DNA of 64,000 nt from Elusimicrobiota bacterium (GCA_044221725.1 JBGAON010000002.1:352001-416000), one strand, 5' to 3'. Positions 46,695-55,797 are shown, counted from the first letter of the stretch. Notes: generated by a model from the letters alone, not told the origin. Numbers and translations are program-made.

Positions 46695-48257
46695 ATGATT
46701 CGTGTCATATTTGCTTGCCTTGGATTGCTCTCATTCGAGGGTTGCGCGACTCTGCCCAAAAATTTTGATGCGAAAGTATCTCATTCGATCAGTCAATCTG
46801 AACAATCAACCCTGCGCAATATAGTCCAACCGAGCCTTGCTTCGCACCCTGGAAAATCGGGGTTTCATGTCTTAAATACCGGCAAAGAAGCATTCGTCTC
46901 TCGCGTAGCGCTTGCCGAGGCCGCCGAGCGAACCATCGATTGTCAGTACTTTATTTGGGAGGGGGACCGGTCCGGCGTGTTGTTGCTGGAGCGACTGGTT
47001 CGTGCCGCGGATCGCGGCGTGCACGTGCGGATTTTGCTCGATGACATCACTTCTCACGGAAAGGATTTGGGTCTGTCCGTGCTCAATCATCATCCAAATA
47101 TAGAAATTCGACTCTTTAATCCGTTGGGGCGCCGTTATTACGTGGGTCTTTTTCGAACCTTATCGATGGCATTTCACGTGGGTCGCATGACGAACCGCAT
47201 GCACAACAAAATTTTTGCGGTCGACAACCAAGTCGCCATCGTGGGTGGACGCAATATCGCCGACGAGTATTTTGGGCTCAATAAGCGCTCCAATTTCCGC
47301 GATATGGATTTGTTGGCCGTGGGTCCGGTGGTCGCCAATATCTCAAACGGGTTTGATGATTATTGGAACAGCGCGTGGTCGGTTCCTTTCGAAATTTTCA
47401 AATCCCATGCGCCTTCGGACAAAAAAATAAAAAAGAAGATGGCACAGTTCGCGAAACAGTTTGAGGAAATGAAAACGTCTTTTCCTTATCAAATCGATTG
47501 GTCGAAAGAAGCGATCGTGAATGTGTTCGAAAAACAATCGCCGCACCTCGTTTGGGCGGATGGGGAAATTGTTTGTGATGCGCCAAGCAAAGCCTGGGAC
47601 CAAGCCAAACGAGGCAAAAGCAAATCCGAAATCGTGAACAAATTGGATCACTTGATCACCGATTCAACGAAGTCGATCCTGATTATCTCGCCCTATTTCA
47701 TTATTTCGAAACAGAACATTCATGGGATGGCGCAACTCGTGAAGAAAGGAATCACGATGAGCGTGTTCACAAACTCGCTGCGCTCAACGGATGCTGTTCC
47801 CGTCGTTGCCATGTATCGCAAGATTCGTGAACCGATGGTGCGCGAGAACGTAAACGTTTTTGAAATGCGCCCGGACGCGGCGAGTCGGCCTTTGTACGCG
47901 GATTCCAGCGTTTCTGACGCGCGACTCAGTCTGCACGCAAAGGCCGTTATATTTGATGAACGCGACGTGTTTGTGGGTACGTTCAATATCGATCCGCGCT
48001 CGGAACATCTGAACACCGAAGTGGGTCTTCTTGTCCACAGCACCGAACTCGCCAAGAAGTTGGCCGAGGATTTTCAGCAAGATTTAAAACCACAGAACAG
48101 CTATTTGGTGACACTTAGTGAAAACAAAAAGAAACTCAAATGGGTTTGTGAACAAGACAACAAGGTCAAGACGTTCGCCTCCGATCCAGAGGCGGGGTTT
48201 TGGCTGCATCTTCAAGCCGGATTCTTCGCTTTGTTGCCCATCAGCTCGCAACTTTAA
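46695..48257 (+). CDS. Phospholipase D family protein (cardiolipin synthase ClsC/YmdC-like), probable lipoprotein
   Basis: Two HKD motifs (HNKIFAVD, HAKAVIFD); GGRNI.DEYF; N.DPRS..LNTE; likely ATG 46695. Confidence 0.9.
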   Translation: MIRVIFACLGLLSFEGCATLPKNFDAKVSHSISQSEQSTLRNIVQPSLASHPGKSGFHVLNTGKEAFVSRVALAEAAERTIDCQYFIWEGDRSGVLLLERLVRAADRGVHVRILLDDITSHGKDLGLSVLNHHPNIEIRLFNPLGRRYYVGLFRTLSMAFHVGRMTNRMHNKIFAVDNQVAIVGGRNIADEYFGLNKRSNFRDMDLLAVGPVVANISNGFDDYWNSAWSVPFEIFKSHAPSDKKIKKKMAQFAKQFEEMKTSFPYQIDWSKEAIVNVFEKQSPHLVWADGEIVCDAPSKAWDQAKRGKSKSEIVNKLDHLITDSTKSILIISPYFIISKQNIHGMAQLVKKGITMSVFTNSLRSTDAVPVVAMYRKIREPMVRENVNVFEMRPDAASRPLYADSSVSDARLSLHAKAVIFDERDVFVGTFNIDPRSEHLNTEVGLLVHSTELAKKLAEDFQQDLKPQNSYLVTLSENKKKLKWVCEQDNKVKTFASDPEAGFWLHLQAGFFALLPISSQL

Positions 48258-48278
48258 CCGTCCCTTCGACCTCTGCCG

Positions 48279-50579
48279 ATGAAACATTTCCCGTTACGAA
48301 AAAAAATCCTGATTCTTTCCCTTTTGGCTTTTGCGTGCGCGGCGGGGATTTGGGTGGCATGGAACAAGTTGGACCAACGCGTGAACAGTGCCGCTTTCCG
48401 AGCTTCCGTTGAACAAGATATCGCGCGCAATATTGGCGGCGCGGCGCGTATCGGAAATTTGCACGTTCGATTGGGCTTTAAGCCCGGCATATCCGCCGAG
48501 GACGTGCGGTTGCAATGGCCCGAGAACGTTGTCGAGTTGAGCGCTTCCTATTTGAGATTCGAAGTGCAGTTGCTTCCGATGCTGCGCCACCAGTTTATTT
48601 TTCCGAAAGTGACGGCGATCGAACCGAAACTTGTCATCACTTTGCCGAAAGGGAAAAAGTGGTCGGATCTCCGGAAATCGACCAACGCGCAGAAAGGTGG
48701 AAGGTTGTTTCGCATTGAAGGCGTCTGGCTCAACGATGCGGTCGTAGCAGTGTTCGACAAAAACAAATCACGAGAACTCATCGCCGAGGGGAAAGCGAAT
48801 TTCGTCAGCAAGCACGATTCCGTGAAAGATCGTAATTCGTTTGAGGCGACCGGGCATGTTCGAACGCCGGATGTAAACAGCCTCATTACGCTCGAAGGAC
48901 ACTTTGCTTCGGAGCTCGAGTTGCAAGCAACGTTGAGAAATCCGGAATTCACCGCCACCGGGCGCCGGTTGCCGATTGCGATTCGCGCCGTCATCGAACC
49001 ATCGAAACCGGTGGCTCTGTCCGTCACGTGGGATTCCAAAAAAGAAAGTGGTGACGCTCCGCTTTTGCGCGTGGTGCCAAAATTGGAAGCCAGTGGATTT
49101 GTGCGAGACGACCGTGTCGAAGTAACAACGTTTGCTGGTAATTTGCTCGGTGGGGACGTCCGTGGCACCGGATATTGGAAATGGCCGTCAAAAGGAAAAC
49201 CTTCCTATCTCGGCATCGAAGCGGCGGGCAAAAGCATCAATGTCGAAGAGTTGCTTGGGTTAACCGTTTCAACGATTCCATGGAAAGGCGCGTTTCATTT
49301 CGACGTTGCGGCTCGCGAATTTCCAATCCCACCAGTGAAAGGAATTGCCGTCACCGACGTTATCATGGCCATGACACATGCCGAAGCACTTAAGGTAAAC
49401 ATAAATGGTGATGCCTCGTTTCATGATCGATCTCCACTCAAAGGGATTGTGGGAAAGCTGCAGCTCGATCCCGCGAAGAGAGTTCTGGATACACAATTAA
49501 AAGTGAATTGGAATACCGGTGGATTGGACGTTCGGGCGGCGATTCCTAGAGGCAGATCGAGCAACGCCACCGGGCCTGTTCGCGTATCAATGAAGATTAA
49601 CGGATTGGATCTCCAATATTTGCCGCAGCTCGCCAAACGATTTCAATTTTCCAAAGCCATCGTGAACCTTGTGTTCGACTGGCGATCCAACTCGTTAAAG
49701 AAGGATTCTCTGAATCTTTTCTCGCTTGATTCTCAATGGGGAGTCTACGGTCGTTTTGCTGAGGCGTCGTGGAGAGAAATTCCGATCGACGATTTGCGCG
49801 TTCAAGCACACTGGAACGGACGCGAATTCGTTGTTGATAATGTCGCGGGTCTGGTCTCAAACGGAAATTTTGCGGGCACCGCTGTCTTTTGGGGTTGGGT
49901 CGATAATGCGTTTCATCGTTTCGCGTTTCAGGCAAACACCAAAGACATTGAGCTGGGTCCATTCATGTACGCCTTTTCCACGAACCCTATTATCATGAGC
50001 GGGCGATTTTCATCTCACACAAATCTGACCGGACAGATTGCACCGTACGCCCCGGACATGCTCATTGGAACCGTCACGGTGCAAGGTCGAAACGGATATT
50101 TTCGCGCCGGTTCCGCTATGGTGCAATTGTTCACCGTGTTGAACTTGCGGACGATCATTGAAAGCGTGAAAGGAAAGCTCCAACCTGGAATACCGTTCGA
50201 TGTTGTCTCTGCTACCGGAGTAGTGTCCGGGGGGCGCGTAACCTTTCAGGATCCGTTCGCCGTCAAGAATCGCAGTATGGAAGCCGCCTACAATGGGTGG
50301 GTGGCGCTTGGAATTCAGTCGGGGCAGGGGTACCTCGTCGTGAACCCGTTGGTTGGAACGCGCAACTTGATCAGTGCGATTCCGGGCGTTTCAAATTTGG
50401 TGCTCGGCCCCAACGGCGAATTCTTGCCTCTGATCGTGGACATGGAAATTAAGGAAGGAAAACTGAAGACCAACTTCCGCTCCATTGATACCGTGACTGC
50501 GCCGGCCATTCGGGTCCTGCGAAACGTAATAAATCTTCCGTTGAAGCTTTTTGGCGTCGGAAAAAAATCGGACCGCTAA
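48279..50579 (+). CDS. AsmA-like (YhdP/AsmA family) protein
   Basis: N-terminal TM anchor; chorein-like N-segment; beta-rich body; AsmA_2-like C-terminus (G.PFD...G.....G, IP.V..LVLG). Confidence 0.78.
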   Translation: MKHFPLRKKILILSLLAFACAAGIWVAWNKLDQRVNSAAFRASVEQDIARNIGGAARIGNLHVRLGFKPGISAEDVRLQWPENVVELSASYLRFEVQLLPMLRHQFIFPKVTAIEPKLVITLPKGKKWSDLRKSTNAQKGGRLFRIEGVWLNDAVVAVFDKNKSRELIAEGKANFVSKHDSVKDRNSFEATGHVRTPDVNSLITLEGHFASELELQATLRNPEFTATGRRLPIAIRAVIEPSKPVALSVTWDSKKESGDAPLLRVVPKLEASGFVRDDRVEVTTFAGNLLGGDVRGTGYWKWPSKGKPSYLGIEAAGKSINVEELLGLTVSTIPWKGAFHFDVAAREFPIPPVKGIAVTDVIMAMTHAEALKVNINGDASFHDRSPLKGIVGKLQLDPAKRVLDTQLKVNWNTGGLDVRAAIPRGRSSNATGPVRVSMKINGLDLQYLPQLAKRFQFSKAIVNLVFDWRSNSLKKDSLNLFSLDSQWGVYGRFAEASWREIPIDDLRVQAHWNGREFVVDNVAGLVSNGNFAGTAVFWGWVDNAFHRFAFQANTKDIELGPFMYAFSTNPIIMSGRFSSHTNLTGQIAPYAPDMLIGTVTVQGRNGYFRAGSAMVQLFTVLNLRTIIESVKGKLQPGIPFDVVSATGVVSGGRVTFQDPFAVKNRSMEAAYNGWVALGIQSGQGYLVVNPLVGTRNLISAIPGVSNLVLGPNGEFLPLIVDMEIKEGKLKTNFRSIDTVTAPAIRVLRNVINLPLKLFGVGKKSDR

Positions 50580-50623
50580 ATTCGGTTCAGACGTCGGCGA
50601 TTACGACCAAACTCGGAACGCGG

Positions 50624-50926
50624 TCAATAAGCGGGGGGAGAGTAGAAATTCACCGTTTGTAGGGGGCGCTTGCCGGTGTTTCGGATTTCGTGCTTTTCAC
50701 CGCGCTCAATTAACAACAGCGTGCCGTCGCGAAGTGAATTCCTTTTTCCGTTTATGATGGCAATGCCCTCACCGGAGATCACGTGCAACCATTGATCGGC
50801 GTTGTGCTTGTTATCGGGTCCACCCTCCGAATCCCCGGGGGGAATGACCATGATCGCCGCCTGGGACCGCTTGGTTCCCGCGATGACCTTCCAGCTATTT
50901 CCAAACTTCAATTGCGTGATTTTCAT
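50624..50926 (-). CDS. Cupin domain protein
   Basis: N.H..DQWL.V.SG.G, I..GE.H.IRNTG, FY.PPAY. Confidence 0.88.
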   Translation of the reverse strand: MKITQLKFGNSWKVIAGTKRSQAAIMVIPPGDSEGGPDNKHNADQWLHVISGEGIAIINGKRNSLRDGTLLLIERGEKHEIRNTGKRPLQTVNFYSPPAY

Positions 50927-50987
50927 ATCCTGGTTTACGTGCTCAATTCAGCGAAGGTTCGAAATTTACTACGATCCACCACCTGAA

Positions 50988-51061
50988 GCGCGGTTAGCTC
51001 AGTTGGTTAGAGTACTTCCTTGACATGGAAGGGGTCAGAGGTTCGAATCCTCTACCGCGCA
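50988..51061 (+). tRNA. tRNA-Val(GAC)
   Basis: Acceptor GCGCGGT/ACCGCGC, anticodon arm CTTCC-TTGACAT-GGAAG, GGTTCGAATCC. Confidence 0.96.
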
Positions 51062-51077
51062 CCCTTCGCACTAGAAC

Positions 51078-52835
51078 ATGACAACCCAAACAGATTCCAA
51101 AGCCGAGTACCTTTACAAACTCCGTCACTCCGCGGCGCACGTGCTTGCGCAGGCGGTGAAAGAGTTATTTCCCGATACCAAACTAACGATAGGTCCGCCC
51201 ACCGACGACGGTTTCTATTACGATTTTGATAGTCCGCATCGCTTTGTCCCCGAAGATTTGGAAGCAATCGAAAAAAAGATGCGTTTCAACCTCCGCACGA
51301 ATCAAAAATTTCTTGGCCGCGAGGTTTCACGGGCCGAAGCGCGCGACTATTGGGAAAAGAAAGGCGAAAAGTTCAAAGTTGAGATCATCGACGACCTTCC
51401 GGCGGACGCAAAAATTACGCTCTACCAACACGGCGACTTCACGGATCTCTGCAAAGGGAATCACTTGGATGAAACCAAGGACATCAAGTGGTTCAAACTG
51501 ATGAAAATCGCCGGTGCGTATTGGCGTGGAGATGAGAAGCGGGAGCAGCTGCAGCGCATTTACGGAACCGTTTGGCCCACCGAACAAGAACTGAAAGATC
51601 ATCTCACGCAGATCGAAGAAGCAAAGAAACGCGATCATCGGGAGCTCGGCCCCCGTCTCGGACTGTTTTCCATTCATCCGGATGAAGTGGGAAGCGGTCT
51701 CGTTCTTTGGCATCCAAAAGGCGCGTTGGTTCGCCATCTGATTGAAAATTATTTGAAAGATTTGCATTTGAAACACGGGTACCAAATGGCCGTGTCGCCG
51801 CACATTGGGTTGTCCAATTTGTGGCAGACGAGCGGTCACTTGGGTTTCTACAAAGAGAACATGTTCGAGGCGATGAAAGTAGAGAACCAGTCGTACTTCG
51901 TTAAACCGATGACGTGCCCGTTCCATATCACGATTTACAAATCCGATCTGCACAGTTACCGCGAGCTTCCAATTCGGCTTTATGAACACGGAACGGTTTA
52001 TCGTTACGAACGCAGCGGTGTGCTGCATGGAATGTTACGTGTGCGTGGTTTCACGCAAGACGATACGCATATCTTCTGCCGCTTTGATCAACTGCAGGAA
52101 GAAATTCGAAATGTGCTATTGCTCGCGAAGCAAATCCTCAATGATTTTGGTTTCACGAACTACGAAGTGAAACTTTCGACGCGTCCCGAAAAATTTGTTG
52201 GCGAGGTGAAACATTGGGACGAAGCCGAGAAATTCTTGTCGGCGGCCATGCGCGATGCCGGATTTGCTTTCGACGTTGATCCCGGGGAAGGTACGTTTTA
52301 CGGTCCGAAGATCGATTTAAAGATCAAAGATTCGATCGGCCGGAAATGGCAGTGTTCAACGGTGCAATTGGATTTCAATTTGCCGGAACGTTTTCAAGCA
52401 ACGTACCGCAACGAAGAAGGAAAAGATACGCAGGTCATCATGATCCATCGCGCCATTTTGGGATCCATTGAAAGATTTTTCGGTATTCTCGTCGAACATT
52501 ATGCTGGCGCGTTTCCCGTGTGGCTCGCGCCCGTGCAAGTGGCGGTGCTACCGATTTCTGACAAGCAAGTTTCGTACGCCGCCGGCATTGTGAAGGCGTT
52601 AAAAGAAAAAGGCTTTCGCGCGGAGCTGCGCGCCGAAAACGAAAAGATCGGCGCCAAAATCCGAACGGCCACGTTGGAGAAAATTCCCTATATGGCGGTT
52701 GTTGGGGAGAAGGAAATGGCGGCGGGAGCGGTTGCGATCCGCACGCGATCCGGTAAAGACTTGGGTGCCATTTCGCTCGCCAAATTCGAAGAGCAACTCG
52801 CCTCAGACATCACGACCAAAGCCAGCCAACAGTAA
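51078..52835 (+). CDS. thrS: Threonine--tRNA ligase (lacks N-terminal TGS domain)
   Basis: RHSAAH, GFYYDF, AYWRGD, RDHR, KPMTCP.H, RVRGFTQDD, FYGPKID, HRA..GS.ERF. Confidence 0.98.
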   Translation: MTTQTDSKAEYLYKLRHSAAHVLAQAVKELFPDTKLTIGPPTDDGFYYDFDSPHRFVPEDLEAIEKKMRFNLRTNQKFLGREVSRAEARDYWEKKGEKFKVEIIDDLPADAKITLYQHGDFTDLCKGNHLDETKDIKWFKLMKIAGAYWRGDEKREQLQRIYGTVWPTEQELKDHLTQIEEAKKRDHRELGPRLGLFSIHPDEVGSGLVLWHPKGALVRHLIENYLKDLHLKHGYQMAVSPHIGLSNLWQTSGHLGFYKENMFEAMKVENQSYFVKPMTCPFHITIYKSDLHSYRELPIRLYEHGTVYRYERSGVLHGMLRVRGFTQDDTHIFCRFDQLQEEIRNVLLLAKQILNDFGFTNYEVKLSTRPEKFVGEVKHWDEAEKFLSAAMRDAGFAFDVDPGEGTFYGPKIDLKIKDSIGRKWQCSTVQLDFNLPERFQATYRNEEGKDTQVIMIHRAILGSIERFFGILVEHYAGAFPVWLAPVQVAVLPISDKQVSYAAGIVKALKEKGFRAELRAENEKIGAKIRTATLEKIPYMAVVGEKEMAAGAVAIRTRSGKDLGAISLAKFEEQLASDITTKASQQ

Positions 52836-52837
52836 TA

Positions 52838-52864
52838 CGTCGTGCCCGCCCTCGTGGGACGGCG
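52838..52864. terminator. GC-rich hairpin between convergent thrS and pldA
   Basis: CGTCGT(G)CCCGC-CCTC-GTGGGACGGCG; no U-tract. Confidence 0.35.
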
Positions 52865-52865
52865 G

Positions 52866-53771
52866 CTACAACCAGTCGGTCAAAGAGATTCCGATGCTCA
52901 GTCGATTGTTGGGATGGTTGTAATCCATCAAGCATTCACCGTATCCGTTGAAGTATTGAATGTAACCGTAGAGGACCTTTGTCATCGGAAAGCTCATGTT
53001 CGCCTCAATCGCGCCTTTGTTTCCTTTTGATCTCAGATTGTTTCGAAGCATGGCCGAATAAACAACGTGACGGTGCATGTACGCCCAGCGTAATTCTCCA
53101 TATCCATAGTACTTGTCAATGTCGGGATTATCATCCGTTTCCGTTGATTCCGGTAGGCGGTACCAGGGTTTGATATCGATGTAACTGTTCGCCCAATCAA
53201 ACAGAAAATGGGCATAGATTCGGTTCCAGCTGCGCGACAAGTGTTCTTCGCGACCGTTTGATTGGTGAACCGCGCCGATACCAATCACGCGATTATGGAA
53301 GAAACGCCCGAGTTGATTGTTCGTATCGAAATCCAAGAAGAATTCGGGTTCGTAATTCGTGTCACGAAATGGTGACGACAGCTCCTTATTATAGACCTGC
53401 CACATTGACAGCTGTGTATAACCGAAGAAGAAATGCCCGCGGCCCTGCATAATGTCCGGAATCAGGCGAATTTTAAGACTAAGTTGGAATTTTGCTTCGA
53501 GGTAATCCATTTTTTGGGTATCACCGCTCGGAAGCAATACCGGATTTGGATTTGTGTTATAGGACAACGGCAATATGTAAGTGGGCTTGTAGGGCAGAAC
53601 GAAGATTCCGTCATCTACCCAGCGGCTTAGTTTCTCCATGCGGCGATCATAAACAGTGGGCTCACTGGGAATTGCGGGCGGAACGAACAGTGCCATCATC
53701 GTGGTAGCGAAAAAAATCTTTTGGAATAGTTTTTTGCTGGTGTTGCGATTTTTGATAAGTTCCCGACCCAT
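52866..53771 (-). CDS. pldA: Outer-membrane phospholipase A
   Basis: EAKFQLSLK, YTQ.S.WQ, SSPFRDTNYEPE, HQSNG, SRSWNRIY, GYGE.L.DYN. Confidence 0.95.
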   Translation of the reverse strand: MGRELIKNRNTSKKLFQKIFFATTMMALFVPPAIPSEPTVYDRRMEKLSRWVDDGIFVLPYKPTYILPLSYNTNPNPVLLPSGDTQKMDYLEAKFQLSLKIRLIPDIMQGRGHFFFGYTQLSMWQVYNKELSSPFRDTNYEPEFFLDFDTNNQLGRFFHNRVIGIGAVHQSNGREEHLSRSWNRIYAHFLFDWANSYIDIKPWYRLPESTETDDNPDIDKYYGYGELRWAYMHRHVVYSAMLRNNLRSKGNKGAIEANMSFPMTKVLYGYIQYFNGYGECLMDYNHPNNRLSIGISLTDWL

Positions 53772-53835
53772 TCGTCACACACAATATTTTTTTTCCATAA
53801 ATACACCAAGAAGATAGAAAGAGGGGGACCTCCAG

Positions 53836-54441
53836 ATGAAAAGATACACATTGATGTTGTTTGTTCTCGTCACCGGCTTCGCGGCAGCCATTGCGCGCGC
53901 GGACTGGGGACATGGATTGGGCGGAGAATGCAAGACCAATACGGTCAATATCTACCAACAATCCGGTTGGGCGTGCACCGGCGCCAAGGCCGTTGTTCAG
54001 CAGACCAAAGTCGAAACACCTGCGGCGGCACCTGTTGTCGCTGCTCCGGCACAAACCGAACCGGCAAAAGTTGTCGCGGCACCGGTAGCCGTTCCGGAAA
54101 AGAAATGGGTGCTTGAAGGCGTTCAGTTTGAGTCCGGCTCGGACAAATTAAAACCGGAAAGCCAGGCATCGTTGGATAAAGCCGCGGAGATTCTGAAGGC
54201 CCATAACAATGTGACCATTGAAATCCAAGGACACACCGACAGCACGGGCAAGGCCGCGTACAACGAATCCCTTTCTCAAAAGCGTGCCCAAGCGGTCAAA
54301 AAATATTTGACCGATCAGGGTGTTTCCGAGCAACGTATGGAAGCGCGCGGATACGGCCAAGCTCTTCCGATCGCAGACAATGCCACTCCCGCCGGCCGTG
54401 CGGAAAACCGTCGAATCGAATTCAAAGTTTTGAGCCGTTAA
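53836..54441 (+). CDS. OmpA-family peptidoglycan-binding exported protein
   Basis: F..GS..L, GHTDSTG..YN..LS..RA, NRRIEF; Pro/Ala linker. Confidence 0.9.
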   Translation: MKRYTLMLFVLVTGFAAAIARADWGHGLGGECKTNTVNIYQQSGWACTGAKAVVQQTKVETPAAAPVVAAPAQTEPAKVVAAPVAVPEKKWVLEGVQFESGSDKLKPESQASLDKAAEILKAHNNVTIEIQGHTDSTGKAAYNESLSQKRAQAVKKYLTDQGVSEQRMEARGYGQALPIADNATPAGRAENRRIEFKVLSR

Positions 54442-54457
54442 TTCAATTCAAACCAAT

Positions 54458-54500
54458 GGCGGTCATTCACGTATGAAAGTGAGTGACCGCCTTGTTTTTT
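54458..54500 (+). terminator. Intrinsic terminator after ompA-family gene
   Basis: GGCGGTCATTCAC/GTGAGTGACCGCC stem followed by TTGTTTTTT. Confidence 0.85.
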
Positions 54501-54517
54501 GGAATGCGAATAGGCAA

Positions 54518-54546
54518 TTGACAGTCCCGTCGAGCGTTGTTACACT
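54518..54546 (+). promoter_or_regulatory. sigma70 promoter of infC operon
   Basis: TTGACA-17 nt-TACACT with extended TG. Confidence 0.8.
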
Positions 54547-54583
54547 CGCGTTCTTAATTTTTTAATAGCAACAGGAGGAGAGC

Positions 54584-55105
54584 ATCGCCAAACCGCCATT
54601 AGCCAGGATTAACCACGCCATTCGCGTACCCCAAGTTAGACTTATCAATGAACGAGGAGAGATGGTCGGAGTAAAGACCATACAAGAAGCTTTAAAAATG
54701 GCCGAAGACGCTGGCTATGATCTCATCGAAATCGCTCCAGCCGTAAGTCCACCTGTTTGCAAGCTTGGAAACTTTTCCAAGTTCCTTTACGAAAAAGAGA
54801 AAAAGTTAAAGGAAGCTCGCAAGAATCGTGGCGGCGGTCAGGTCAAAGAAATTCGGATTCGTCCGAAAATCGGCGAACACGACTTGATGGTGAAGATCAA
54901 TGCCATTACGAAGTTTTTGAAGGAACACCACAAGGTTCGCGTTAGTTTTGTTTTTATGGGCCGTGAAATGGAACACAGAGAGATCGGCCAGAAGATGCTC
55001 GAGAAGATTGAGCAGCAAGTCGATGGGGTTGGAGTTGTGGAACAACGGCCTCAGATGTACGGAAACAGAATGATCACGATTTTTGTGCCTCATTTGAAAG
55101 GATAA
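54584..55105 (+). CDS. infC: Translation initiation factor IF-3 (ATC start)
   Basis: AGGAGG then ATC at 54584, in frame: (M)AKPPLARINHAIRVPQVRLI...PPVCK...KEIRIRPKI..HD. Confidence 0.95.
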   Translation: MAKPPLARINHAIRVPQVRLINERGEMVGVKTIQEALKMAEDAGYDLIEIAPAVSPPVCKLGNFSKFLYEKEKKLKEARKNRGGGQVKEIRIRPKIGEHDLMVKINAITKFLKEHHKVRVSFVFMGREMEHREIGQKMLEKIEQQVDGVGVVEQRPQMYGNRMITIFVPHLKG

Positions 55106-55109
55106 GAAA

Positions 55110-55307
55110 ATGCCAAAACTGAAGTCACATAGCGGAAGCAAAAAACGTTTTAAGATCACAGCGCGCGGAAAAGTGATGCACAAGCGCGCCGGCGCTCGAC
55201 ACTTGCTGCAAGGCATGTCGTCCAGCCGCAGCCGGCAGTTGCGTCGCCCCGATGCGTTGACGAACCAGCAAGCGCGCGTCATCAAAGCACTTTTACCCTA
55301 CGGATAG
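55110..55307 (+). CDS. rpmI: 50S ribosomal protein L35
   Basis: MPKLKSHSGSKKRFKIT..GK...HLL. Confidence 0.97.
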   Translation: MPKLKSHSGSKKRFKITARGKVMHKRAGARHLLQGMSSSRSRQLRRPDALTNQQARVIKALLPYG

Positions 55308-55313
55308 GAAAAG

Positions 55314-55394
55314 CGTCATCCTGGCAATCTTTTAGCCAGGATCCACTTAACTTAAGAATAAATGGACCCGGGATTGAGACATTCCGGGGGGACG
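55314..55394. repeat. CGTC-tagged palindromic element between rpmI and rplT
   Basis: CGTCATCCTGGC-N-GCCAGGATCCA...TGGACCCGGGA-N-TTCCGGGGGGACG; aligns with 19774-19857. Confidence 0.8.
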
Positions 55395-55413
55395 AAATAA
55401 AAGGAAAAAAATT

Positions 55414-55779
55414 ATGAGAACAAGAAGCGTAACATACACCCGTCAACGAAAGAAAAAACATTACCGTCGCGCCAAAGGCGCCTACGCGACCAAAAAGAAT
55501 CGCTGGAGAATGGTAAAGCAACATCTGCGAAAAGTGGGTGTTTATTCGTACGTTGGACGCAAAGATCGTAAATCGGATTTCCGAAGCCTTTGGATTATGC
55601 GCATCAACGCCGCGGCCCGCGAGCTCGGTGGCTTAACATATTCGCAAATGATCAGTGGTCTCAAAGCCGCGAACATCGCCGTGGATCGCAAAATTCTTGC
55701 CGATCTCGCCGTGAACGACACGCAGTCGTTTAGCGACTTGGCCGCAATTGCCAAAGAAAACCAAAAAGCTGCCGCATAA
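55414..55779 (+). CDS. rplT: 50S ribosomal protein L20
   Basis: AKG, Y.GRK.RK.DFRSLWI.RINAA, YS..I.GL, DRKILADLA. Confidence 0.97.
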   Translation: MRTRSVTYTRQRKKKHYRRAKGAYATKKNRWRMVKQHLRKVGVYSYVGRKDRKSDFRSLWIMRINAAARELGGLTYSQMISGLKAANIAVDRKILADLAVNDTQSFSDLAAIAKENQKAAA

Positions 55780-55797
55780 GGTTTCTCGTTTGGCCAC

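Noticed and set aside
14621..51061. Integrative genomic island between tRNA-Cys and tRNA-Val
   Set aside because: No integrase or transposase, no duplicated tRNA 3' end (att) seen, and composition mostly resembles the flanks; treated as an accessory block only
55780..55797. pheS T-box or pheM attenuator
   Set aside because: Only 18 nt between rplT and pheS
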